From the IMG/VR virus record IMGVR_UViG_3300038393_000804, positions 147,598 through 211,597 of that record: a stretch of DNA of 64,000 nt. One strand, 5' to 3'. The position numbers and the translations under genes are program-made. Below, one piece after another: positions 1-7,454 of the stretch (positions within the stretch are counted from its first letter, which is position 1; each line of letters begins with the position of its first letter). The notes below the pieces were generated by a model that searched no databases, had not been told where the DNA came from, and saw nothing but the letters and a program-made list of their open reading frames with translations. Source of the DNA: a virus. Its lineage: Duplodnaviria > Heunggongvirae > Uroviricota > Caudoviricetes.

Positions 1-223
1 ATTAGTGATGGCGATGTAAGAGTAGGTAAGATTATTCGAACATACCGTAGTTCCGACTTGCCTGAGCGTTATGAGAGAGGGCCGTGGATGTGGATTAGCA
101 AGAATGAAGCCGAACCATTCATTGAAAAGAATACGGAGGCTAAATCCCTCTTGAAAAAATATGAATGGAATGTAAAATAGTAAGTTGGTACAATAGATAG
201 AGAGATTTACAGGGAGGCTTAAC

Positions 224-781
224 ATGGAGAAAAAGAAAATCGTCGCGGTTGATATGGACGACACAATTGTTTATTTAATGAAACGGATTATGGAACACCA
301 CAATATTCTTCACCCAGACCATCAATTAGAATACGAACAGATGGCGGCATTTAAACATGAGGTATTTCATCCTGACTATGATTTAATATCTTATCTGAAT
401 GACCCAGCGACTTATGAAAGCCTGGAACTGGTTGATGAATATGTTGTTCCTGAACTAAAGAAGCTTACTGAAAACTATGATGTCATTATTGTTACGTCTG
501 CTTTTCCTAACGCAGTAGGTGGTAAGTGGAACTGGTTGCAAAAGAATCTTCCATTCATTCCACAAAGGAATTTTATTACGGCATCTAGGAAAGACCTAAT
601 TAATGCGGACATTTTAATTGACGATGCTATCCATAATGTGGTAGATTGGATTAAGACAGGGCGACCTGTTCTGGTTCCTAGTCATCATTGGAATCAGGAG
701 CTTGAAAAGCTTGACGGTGTTACAATGATTTACGGATTCCACGGAGTCAGTGATATTGTTGAACACATACTAGGTAAATAA
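224..781 (+). CDS. 5'(3')-deoxyribonucleotidase (NT5C-type HAD phosphatase)
   Basis: HAD motif I VAVDMDDT, IVTS motif II, C-terminal ILIDD; 185 aa. Confidence 0.85.
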   Translation: MEKKKIVAVDMDDTIVYLMKRIMEHHNILHPDHQLEYEQMAAFKHEVFHPDYDLISYLNDPATYESLELVDEYVVPELKKLTENYDVIIVTSAFPNAVGGKWNWLQKNLPFIPQRNFITASRKDLINADILIDDAIHNVVDWIKTGRPVLVPSHHWNQELEKLDGVTMIYGFHGVSDIVEHILGK

Positions 782-849
782 GGTTACTTGCTCTTTGGGC
801 AGGTAGAGAATAAGAATGAGAAGAATGCCAGGAACTACGGTGTAGTGGA

Positions 850-922
850 GGCCCGCATAGTTTATTGGGTAAAACAGCCGCCTATAAGCGGAAAGTAGCT
901 GGTTCGATTCCTTCTGGGGTCT
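850..922 (+). pseudogene. Degenerate tRNA-Ile(GAT)-like gene, anticodon loop reduced to 6 nt
   Basis: D arm GTTT/AAAC, T loop GGTTCGATTCC, anticodon arm CCGC-CTATAA-GCGG (Ile arm CGCCTGATAAGCG minus G34); bulge in acceptor stem, 2 mismatches in T stem. Confidence 0.5.
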
Positions 923-978
923 GCAATAGACACCAATCCGAAGTTCTTCTCCATATCATAGGTGCCAAGTAAGCCCCA

Positions 979-1061
979 TCGGGCATGGCGAAATTGGCAG
1001 ACGCAGACGGAGATAGCTCTGTCCGCCGAGAGGCGTGTGGGTTCGAGTCCCACTGTCGGAT
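979..1061 (+). tRNA. tRNA-Leu-type (long variable arm) RNA with non-canonical anticodon arm
   Basis: Leu-type D loop TGGCGAAATTGGCAGACGC, variable arm CGCC-GAGA-GGCG, T arm GTGGG-TTCGAGT-CCCAC; anticodon arm GACGGAG-ATAG-CTCTGTC has no 7-nt loop. Confidence 0.6.
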
Positions 1062-1118
1062 GGTAAGCACTGAAGCCTATGATTGTATCTTATTTTCTTC
1101 CTGCCCAAGGAGCTTTTT

Positions 1119-1363
1119 AAATTCTTTACTGAATAGAGAGTACGCATAAGAGAATTCCAAGACGTTGTAGGTGACCTCATGGTACAGGTGGGGTTAAATG
1201 CATGCCTAGAAATTACCAGCCTGGTCTGACGTTCTCTTATCAATGATAGGTATTAGATGAGTGGAGGAACCTATGGTTTCCTTTAGCTGCTAACCTGGGG
1301 CATGCACACGCTGATTCGAATCCTATCTTGTTTGTACTTTCTATTGGGTAAAGAATTTTTTTT
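1119..1363 (+). ncRNA. Candidate ~245-nt structured ncRNA
   Basis: Nested stems 1119-1129/1348-1358, 1132-1143/1334-1345, 1146-1154/1232-1240, 1245-1250/1322-1327; 8-bp loop-loop complement 1199-1206/1299-1306; ends in a T run. Confidence 0.55.
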
Positions 1364-1380
1364 ATTCAAGGAGTGATGGT

Positions 1381-1653
1381 ATGAAGAAGCTTCCAAAAGG
1401 AACGATTATCCGCATAGGGCAGAATAAAAGGAAATCTATTTCTATGGATGCAATTGGAATGGATTTTGAGTTGCCAAGGGATTTGGCCTGGGATGACCAT
1501 GCTAACATGGCAACGATTGTAAGAAAGCCAAAAGGATGCGGCTGGCTTGGCAGCGTAGTGTCTCACAGGCTAGACCCATATGGAGATAGGATTATTTCTA
1601 TTCCTTCTTCTAGTAATAAGGAAGCTGCTAGGCTGCTGGACAAGGAGTGGTAG
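1381..1653 (+). CDS. Small protein with shared C-terminal tag (copy 1)
   Basis: SD AAGGAGTGA; ends SNKEAARLLDKEW. Confidence 0.8.
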   Translation: MKKLPKGTIIRIGQNKRKSISMDAIGMDFELPRDLAWDDHANMATIVRKPKGCGWLGSVVSHRLDPYGDRIISIPSSSNKEAARLLDKEW

Positions 1654-1654
1654 A

Positions 1655-1873
1655 ATGTATTACAAAGGTCAAAGAGTCAAACGAATTAAGTATGTACACC
1701 CAGGATATAATGTTCCAGTTGGTATGACAGGAACCATTATAGAAGGAGAAGGAAAAGAAAGTCCTCGTATTAAATGGGACAATGGCGTAGAATGTCATTC
1801 TTTTCTATCATGTTTAGCTCCTGTATCTAGTAATAACAAAGGGGCTTCTACCCTATTGGACAAGGAGTGGTAG
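1655..1873 (+). CDS. Small SH3/KOW-like protein with shared C-terminal tag (copy 2)
   Basis: ATG 1655 after AAGGAGTGG; YKGQRVKR...GMTGTI...RIKWDNG; ends NNKGASTLLDKEW. Confidence 0.8.
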   Translation: MYYKGQRVKRIKYVHPGYNVPVGMTGTIIEGEGKESPRIKWDNGVECHSFLSCLAPVSSNNKGASTLLDKEW

Positions 1874-1875
1874 GT

Positions 1876-2172
1876 ATGTATGAATTAGGAGAGAAAGTAC
1901 TACTTACAGATGATTCAGAGTGGTACGAACAAAACAAAAGAGAAGGTGACAATGGAGAAGAATATGCTGTTGTCGGAACCATTGTGGGTAGATGTCACCA
2001 AGGAGAGATAGAAGGAAAGTATTCTAAACACTTTAAGCACTTTCAATATTCTGTCCTCTGGGAAGATGAAACCCAAGATGAATTATATTATCGCGATATA
2101 GATTTGATGTTGGCGGAAGCTCCTCCAGTAACAAATCAAGAAGCGAAAAAACGTTTAAGCAAGGAGTGGTGA
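1876..2172 (+). CDS. Small SH3-like protein with shared C-terminal tag (copy 3)
   Basis: YELGEKVLL...VGTIV...YSVLWED; ends TNQEAKKRLSKEW. Confidence 0.8.
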   Translation: MYELGEKVLLTDDSEWYEQNKREGDNGEEYAVVGTIVGRCHQGEIEGKYSKHFKHFQYSVLWEDETQDELYYRDIDLMLAEAPPVTNQEAKKRLSKEW

Positions 2173-2173
2173 G

Positions 2174-2482
2174 ATGGCAAGAAATAGACCGAGCAAGGAG
2201 ACGGCTAACTTTAAGGTAGGCGATATCATTACGCTACAGCCAAAGGCTTATTACATAAAGCAACTCGGCAGTTGGCAGACACCACAAGCTAGAATCTTAG
2301 ATGTGTTCTGGGACGACGGTGATTTCAAGACAGGATGGTGGTATGATATTCGCGTAGTGGCTCCAGAAGATTGGCCGCAGGATGCGCTAACTTATAGGAA
2401 CTCTTATCCTGAAGAAGACCTGATGTTTCCTCAAGCGAAAAACAATATGGAAGCAAAGCGATTGCTTTCAAAGGAGTGGTAA
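2174..2482 (+). CDS. Small SH3-like protein with shared C-terminal tag (copy 4)
   Basis: FKVGDIITL...ARILDV...WWYDIRV...YPEEDL; ends NNMEAKRLLSKEW. Confidence 0.8.
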   Translation: MARNRPSKETANFKVGDIITLQPKAYYIKQLGSWQTPQARILDVFWDDGDFKTGWWYDIRVVAPEDWPQDALTYRNSYPEEDLMFPQAKNNMEAKRLLSKEW

Positions 2483-2483
2483 G

Positions 2484-2777
2484 ATGAAAGTACGAATTAA
2501 AAGTATTTCTTCCACTAGCAAGTGGTATAAAAAAATGATAGGTTAAGTCTTTGATGTAGAAAAGAAATCTAATGGTGGCTATCGGGTAATTCCTAGTGAA
2601 GATAATGAGAAGGTTCTCCGCTTGGAACCTGATGATTATAACTACTCCGAGTTTGTACGTAGGATGAATGTTCCTATGGGCAATGGAGTAGGACTAGGTA
2701 TAACAGCAGAAGACGCCGTTGAAATTGCTATTGAATCAAATAAAGAAGCCGTTAATTTATTAAGTAAGGAGTGGTAA
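2484..2777 (+). pseudogene. Tag-family gene (copy 5) interrupted by an in-frame TAA at codon 21; absent from ORF track
   Basis: ATG 2484 to TAA 2777 is one 98-codon frame with a single stop at 2544-2546; MKVRIKSISSTSKWYKKMIG*VFDVEK...SNKEAVNLLSKEW. Confidence 0.75.
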
Positions 2778-2778
2778 C

Positions 2779-3039
2779 ATGCCACCAGAAAGACGTGACT
2801 CACAAGGCAATCGTTTTAAAGTTGGCTGGGTATATGAGTATAGCTTTCATAAGCTTGAGTTAATTAGTATGGCCCCAAACAAATGCGAAGGAACTTTTAG
2901 ACTTGTAGAAAACTACGGCAGCTTGTACGCAGGTTGGGAAGGCATTCTAACCTTTGACCGTGGGTTTACTCCATTGTACCTAAGCGAATCTTTAAAGAGC
3001 AATAAGGGCGCTGCAATGCTACTAAGTAAGGAGTATTGA
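2779..3039 (+). CDS. Small protein with shared C-terminal tag (copy 6)
   Basis: FKVGWVYEY; ends SNKGAAMLLSKEY. Confidence 0.8.
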   Translation: MPPERRDSQGNRFKVGWVYEYSFHKLELISMAPNKCEGTFRLVENYGSLYAGWEGILTFDRGFTPLYLSESLKSNKGAAMLLSKEY

Positions 3040-3040
3040 T

Positions 3041-3286
3041 ATGGCAGTCAATCTTAACAAAGAAAAGAAAAAGAAGTTTCCCTGGATAAGCTGGGGCACT
3101 TACTTCATGGTAGGTATACAAATTCTATTAATCCTGCTTCTAGCAATTGCAGTTGTCATGCTTGTTATTGCAGGTTTTAAACAACAGCCCATTATAACAA
3201 GTTGCGTTATTGGCTTTCTTGTTTTAATTTTCCCTGTTGGATATTTTGTTGTACATGTTTTAGGATGGAGGCCAGATGAATGGTGA
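3041..3286 (+). CDS. Two-TM membrane protein
   Basis: Two long hydrophobic stretches, basic N-terminus; SD provided by previous gene end. Confidence 0.7.
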   Translation: MAVNLNKEKKKKFPWISWGTYFMVGIQILLILLLAIAVVMLVIAGFKQQPIITSCVIGFLVLIFPVGYFVVHVLGWRPDEW

Positions 3287-3869
3287 ATAAAGAGTATGAT
3301 ATTATTCGCAAGATTATCCTGAAGAACTTTCTGATTGACCATAACATGGGTGGCTTTGTTGTAAATCCCGCCGTGGTTAAACAGTTGGAAGAACACTTCA
3401 GACAGAAGTTTGACAGCGAAAAGCTGAGCAACATATCCTCTAGCTGGGATGATAAGGTATGGGAACCATTTAAGTTAGATGAGTAAGGAAGTGATTGAAT
3501 GGGTAGAAGACAGGATGAGCACATCGCAGAAATTATGCAGTTAGCTCCGCCGCCAAATCCAGGCATTGTATATTTCTTTGAGGAGAAGACATTGAAGAAG
3601 TTGAACAACTTTGAACTAAATGCTCTTCGAAGAATCCTTGAGAACTATTATGTTCCAAGGATAAAGCCAGTCGAAGAATTCAGTGCTGGATTTAAATGCC
3701 CTGTTTGCAGAACAAGATTTAGCATAAAGGCGGAGGAATCATGATGAAAAAGAAAAAGCCAAAGGTAACTCCACCGCGAATCACTTGGGAGCGCAAGCCT
3801 ATGACTCAAGTGAAGAGCAGTGATAAAATATATTCAAGAAAAAATCAAAAGAAAAATTGGGAGGAATAA
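3280..3869 (+). CDS. Three coupled small hypothetical ORFs (3280-3486, 3499-3744, 3741-3869)
   Basis: Coupled starts and stops with SDs; 3741-3869 (MMKKKKPKVTPPRITWERKPMTQVKS...) is below the ORF-track cut-off. Confidence 0.6.
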
Positions 3870-3873
3870 CAAA

Positions 3874-4437
3874 ATGATTAATTTGCAAAAAGGCGGTAAC
3901 ATCAATCTTACAAAATCAGTACCAGGAGTAACAAAATTCAAAGTGGAATTAGGTTGGGATGCTAATCAGTATGACGGTTCTGCATTTGACTTAGATGCAT
4001 CTGCTGCAATCTTAGGTGATGGAGGCAAAATCATATCTGAGAACTCATTCGTATTCTTCAATAATCCAAGTGACCCTACGGGCAGCGTGGTATCCTCTGG
4101 GGATAACCGTACTGGTGAAGGTACTGGCCCTGATGAAACAGTAACAATTGATTTAGCGAAGCTTCCTATCGCTGCAAAGTTTGTTCGTTTTGCTATCACT
4201 ATCTATGATGCAGCAACACGTAACCAAAACTTTGGTCAAGTACACAATGCGTATGTGCAAGTAGTCAATGATGGAACTGGTGAAGTGGTAGCTCGTTATG
4301 ACTTATCAGAGGACTTCTCAATTGAAACTTGCGTGGTTATTGGTGAGCTTTATGAGCACAGTGGAGATTGGAAATTCAAAGCTGTTGGCGCTGGTTACGG
4401 CGGCGGTCTTGAGGCTTATGTAGCTGGAATCAACTAA
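3874..4437 (+). CDS. terD: TerD/TerZ-family stress protein
   Basis: MINLQKGGNINLTK, LGWD, FDLDASA, VFFNN, SGDNRTGEGTGPDE, NFGQV, WKFKAVGAG; start 3874 by SD GGGAGGA. Confidence 0.92.
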   Translation: MINLQKGGNINLTKSVPGVTKFKVELGWDANQYDGSAFDLDASAAILGDGGKIISENSFVFFNNPSDPTGSVVSSGDNRTGEGTGPDETVTIDLAKLPIAAKFVRFAITIYDAATRNQNFGQVHNAYVQVVNDGTGEVVARYDLSEDFSIETCVVIGELYEHSGDWKFKAVGAGYGGGLEAYVAGIN

Positions 4438-4565
4438 TGATTGAAGTGTTAAAGATGCTAGGCATAGTCACCATCGCAGTCGTTGGTGGCTTTTGTTTAG
4501 GTCATGACTATGGTTATAAAAAAGCATGGATGGAAGTAAAAGACTTTTATGAAAAGGGGAAATGA
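4437..4565 (+). CDS. 42-aa single-TM protein within ter cluster
   Basis: TAATG coupling to terD; MIEVLKMLGIVTIAVVGGFCLGHDYGYKK... Confidence 0.6.
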   Translation: MIEVLKMLGIVTIAVVGGFCLGHDYGYKKAWMEVKDFYEKGK

Positions 4566-4568
4566 ATC

Positions 4569-5150
4569 ATGGCAGTTGAGTTGGTAAAAAAAGGGCAACG
4601 TGTTGATTTAACGAAAGGAACAAACCTTTCAAAGATTAATGTAGCATTAGGCTGGGATACAAATAAGTATGCTGGCGGAGCAGACTTTGACCTGGATGTT
4701 TCAGTATTCATGGTTAATGAATTAAATAAAACTCGTGACGAAGGCGACTTTATATTCTATAATAATCTACGTCATGCTTCTGGTGCAGTTGAGCACTCAG
4801 GGGATGAGTTGACTGGTGGCACAGAGGGCGATGATGAGACAATCAAAGTTGACCTTTCAGTAATGCCTGCTTACATTCAGAAGCTTGCTTTCGTAGTAAC
4901 TATCTATGAAGCAGAGCGTCGTTCTCAAAACTTCGGACAAGTATCCAATGCTTATGTCCGCGTGTATGACCAAATCACAAATGAAGAAATCCTTCGCTTT
5001 GATTTAGGTGAGGACTTCTCTATTGAAACTGGAGTAGCAGTTTGTGAGATTTATAAAGTAAACGGCGAATGGAAATTCAACGCTATCGGTGCTGGTTATG
5101 CAAATGGCCTAGCTGGTTTCGTTAAAGATTATGGATTAACAGTCGCTTAA
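4569..5150 (+). CDS. terD: TerD-family stress protein (second paralogue)
   Basis: KGQRVDLTK, LGWD, DFDLDVS, FIFYNN, HSGDELTGGTEGDDE, NFGQV, WKFNAIGAG. Confidence 0.92.
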   Translation: MAVELVKKGQRVDLTKGTNLSKINVALGWDTNKYAGGADFDLDVSVFMVNELNKTRDEGDFIFYNNLRHASGAVEHSGDELTGGTEGDDETIKVDLSVMPAYIQKLAFVVTIYEAERRSQNFGQVSNAYVRVYDQITNEEILRFDLGEDFSIETGVAVCEIYKVNGEWKFNAIGAGYANGLAGFVKDYGLTVA

Positions 5151-5155
5151 AATAC

Positions 5156-5176
5156 GAGAGGGCTTCGGCCCTTTCT
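5156..5176 (+). terminator. Intrinsic terminator
   Basis: GAGAGGGC-TTCG-GCCCTTTC followed by T-rich tract. Confidence 0.7.
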
Positions 5177-5211
5177 TATATATAGATATTATATCTACAG
5201 GGGGAATGAAG

Positions 5212-5325
5212 ATGTCAGGGACGATTCTTACATTCGTGGTTGGTTATGTGGTAGGTCACTTCTTTCACGATAATGTGAAGGCAGCAGCAAAACATGTAGT
5301 GGACAAAATCAAAAACAAATATTAA
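5212..5325 (+). CDS. 37-aa single-TM protein within ter cluster
   Basis: SD GGGGGA; MSGTILTFVVGYVVGHFFHDNVKAAAKHVVDKIKNKY. Confidence 0.6.
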   Translation: MSGTILTFVVGYVVGHFFHDNVKAAAKHVVDKIKNKY

Positions 5326-5342
5326 TTAGGGAGTTGGAATAG

Positions 5343-6095
5343 TTGTTATCAATCATTGGACTAGTAGTTACGTTAGTCGTACTTGAAGGTTTGCTAAGCG
5401 CAGACAATGCATTAGTACTTGCAGTAATGACAAAGAGATTACCACTTAGTCAGCAAAAGAAAGCACTTTTCTATGGTATGTGGGGCGCGATTATCTTCCG
5501 TGCTGTATGTATCTTCGGCTGGGCTTATATCGCTGATTGGGAATACTTATGGGCCATCAAAACAGTTGGTGCTTTATACCTTGCTTATTTATCTATTAAG
5601 CATTTTGCCTCTAAGAAGAAAGACGAAGACGGCGATGGTATCAATGACGAGTTCGAAGAAAACAAGGTTCAAGCATTCTTTGGTAAGCTTGGCTTGTCGC
5701 CATTCGTTACAACAATTATCTCTGTTGAGTTAATGGACATTGCTTTCTCTGTTGATAGTATCTTAGCAGCATTTGCTTTATCTCAAAGCTTCTATGTATT
5801 AATCGCTGGTGGTATCCTTGGTATCTTAATGATGCGTTCTGTTGCAGGTGTATTCATTAAGCTTATCAATAAGGTTCCAGAGATGGAAGGAACAGCATTC
5901 GTTCTTATCTTCTTGATTGCGGTTAAGATGTTTGTAACTGAACTGCATGAAGTAGGTAACCTTATCGGTCAACACTGGACTTCATATGAAGCTCCAGACT
6001 GGTTATTCTTTATTGTTTTAATCATCACATTTGGATTAACATTTGTGGTTCACGCATTAAAGAACAAGGGCAGCAAGAAAAATGTTGCCGCGTAA
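5343..6095 (+). CDS. terC: TerC-family membrane protein
   Basis: LEGLLSADNALVLA, DIAFSVDSILAAFALS, GGILGILMMR; multiple TM helices; TTG start. Confidence 0.92.
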   Translation: MLSIIGLVVTLVVLEGLLSADNALVLAVMTKRLPLSQQKKALFYGMWGAIIFRAVCIFGWAYIADWEYLWAIKTVGALYLAYLSIKHFASKKKDEDGDGINDEFEENKVQAFFGKLGLSPFVTTIISVELMDIAFSVDSILAAFALSQSFYVLIAGGILGILMMRSVAGVFIKLINKVPEMEGTAFVLIFLIAVKMFVTELHEVGNLIGQHWTSYEAPDWLFFIVLIITFGLTFVVHALKNKGSKKNVAA

Positions 6096-6165
6096 TATCA
6101 GACAACTTATCAGCATGATTACATCTATAGACAGAGCCATCAGAGCTATCAGACGATTCTTTAAA

Positions 6166-6190
6166 TAAGCGGTCTTTCGGGGCCGCTTTA
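6166..6190 (+). terminator. Hairpin/terminator
   Basis: AAGCGGTC-TTTCGG-GGCCGCTTT. Confidence 0.55.
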
Positions 6191-6211
6191 CTAATTTCTA
6201 GGGGGAGAAAC

Positions 6212-7003
6212 ATGTTGGGTAACGTAATTGATTTAAAAAAGAAATCTGCAATCGTATTAGAGAAGTTAGGGCTTGCTGGTCTTCAAGCGAACATCGTATT
6301 CGCTATCGACAAATCAGGTTCTATGGGATGGGAAATTGACAAAGGGAATGTTCAAGAACAAGCTGACCGCTTCATCGGCGTTGGAATGAACATGGACCCA
6401 AACAAATCAATCGACATCTATGCTTTCAATCATGGCTATGAATATATTGGTTCTGCCAATGAAAGCAATCACAAAGACTTCTTAAAGAAGAAGGGTCTTC
6501 GTGCATCTGGTGGTACGGAGTATGCTCCAGTAATGAAACAAATTATTGCTAAGTACGGCACAGCTATCACTCCACAAGTTGTTCAAGAAGAAGTAACAAA
6601 AGAAGTGGAAGCTGGATTCCTTGGCAAACTGTTCGGTGCAAAATCAAAGACCGTAACAGAAGTAGTAAGCAAGACGGTTATGCCTGAAGATGTAAAGCCT
6701 GTTAAGATTCCTACACTGGTATTCTTCATGACAGATGGTGACAATGGTGACCGTTCTGAAACAACTCGTGTGATTACTGAGGCTGCTAAGCAGGGTATCT
6801 TCTGGCAGTTCATCGGTATCGGCAATGAGTCATTCAACTATCTGCAATCATTGGATGATTTAACAGGCCGCTACTTAGACAACGCTGACTTCACAAAGAT
6901 TTCAGATGTGAATGGAATTGCTGACGAGAAGCTTTACGAAGCCGTATTAAAAGAATTCCCTAACTGGTTACGTCAAGCGAAATCAAAAGGTGTTGTATTG
7001 TAA
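6212..7003 (+). CDS. Ter-associated von Willebrand factor A domain protein
   Basis: MIDAS DKSGSM, GGTEY, FMTDGD, FWQFIGIG, YLDNADF; amphipathic insert GFLGKLFG. Confidence 0.88.
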   Translation: MLGNVIDLKKKSAIVLEKLGLAGLQANIVFAIDKSGSMGWEIDKGNVQEQADRFIGVGMNMDPNKSIDIYAFNHGYEYIGSANESNHKDFLKKKGLRASGGTEYAPVMKQIIAKYGTAITPQVVQEEVTKEVEAGFLGKLFGAKSKTVTEVVSKTVMPEDVKPVKIPTLVFFMTDGDNGDRSETTRVITEAAKQGIFWQFIGIGNESFNYLQSLDDLTGRYLDNADFTKISDVNGIADEKLYEAVLKEFPNWLRQAKSKGVVL

Positions 7004-7206
7004 TGAGTCATCGTAACTTACGATTCATTATTGCCGCTATCCTGTACGTTATTATTGCAACAGCTTTAATTAATCTTGGATTTAATTTCACTGGATTCTT
7101 CGGGCTTATTAAACTATTCCTTCTTGGGTTTGGTTTACATGCGCTTGTTGATTTCGGTTTGCATAAATTAAAGAAAAAGAAAAAGGAGAATGATGCAAAT
7201 GTATAA
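7003..7206 (+). CDS. Two-TM membrane protein
   Basis: TAATG coupling to vWA gene; two hydrophobic helices, poly-K tail. Confidence 0.7.
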   Translation: MSHRNLRFIIAAILYVIIATALINLGFNFTGFFGLIKLFLLGFGLHALVDFGLHKLKKKKKENDANV

Positions 7207-7283
7207 CACAGAAAGTTTTCCATATGTGGATATCCAAAACATCCTAGAGAAATACTACGAGCAGGCAGAATAATTTTTTCACT

Positions 7284-7310
7284 GGGGCACCCTTCGCGGG
7301 GTGTCTTTTA
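7284..7310 (+). terminator. Intrinsic terminator
   Basis: GGGGCACCC-TTCGC-GGGGTGTCTTTT. Confidence 0.6.
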
Positions 7311-7313
7311 TAT

Positions 7314-7400
7314 GCTGCTGTAGTTCAGCGGTAGAATACTCCCCCAAGAGTCCACATCGACGGGGAGAGGTCGGAGGTTCGAATCCTCCTGGCAGCTCCA
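7314..7400 (+). tRNA. tRNA-like gene (Gly-like body, U73, encoded CCA) with 17-19-nt anticodon loop
   Basis: Acceptor GCTGCTG/TGGCAGC, D arm GTTC/GAAT, T arm GGAGG-TTCGAAT-CCTCC, 3' TCCA; CTCCCC/GGGGAG encloses CAAGAGTCCACATCGAC. Confidence 0.7.
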
Positions 7401-7454
7401 AGGGTTTTGTTTGGCAGCTTTCCCGCTTAAATAAAAAATGTTGACCAGAGCCAG

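Noticed and set aside
862-1243. Minus-strand ORFs 862-1053, 882-1070 and 956-1243
   Set aside because: Antisense shadows of tRNA-like and structured RNA sequence (GLEP/DSNP are typical reverse-tRNA translations).
2544-2546. Suppression of the internal stop by the mini-tRNA's CTA-containing loop
   Set aside because: A CUA anticodon would read TAG, not the TAA present, and the mini-tRNA lacks a proper anticodon arm.
1640-2777. The KEW motif is only a by-product of overlapping Shine-Dalgarno sequences
   Set aside because: AAGGAG explains K-E only. The N, A and LL positions 5-12 codons upstream are conserved with synonymous codons, and copies at 22379, 32130 and 35959 use GAT TAT or GAA TAT with a separate downstream SD yet keep the tag.
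1381-3039. Integron-like attC cassette array or CRISPR-like repeat array
   Set aside because: No intergenic palindromic attC sites (genes are 1-2 nt apart), no integrase, and the repeated ends are not identical at DNA level.
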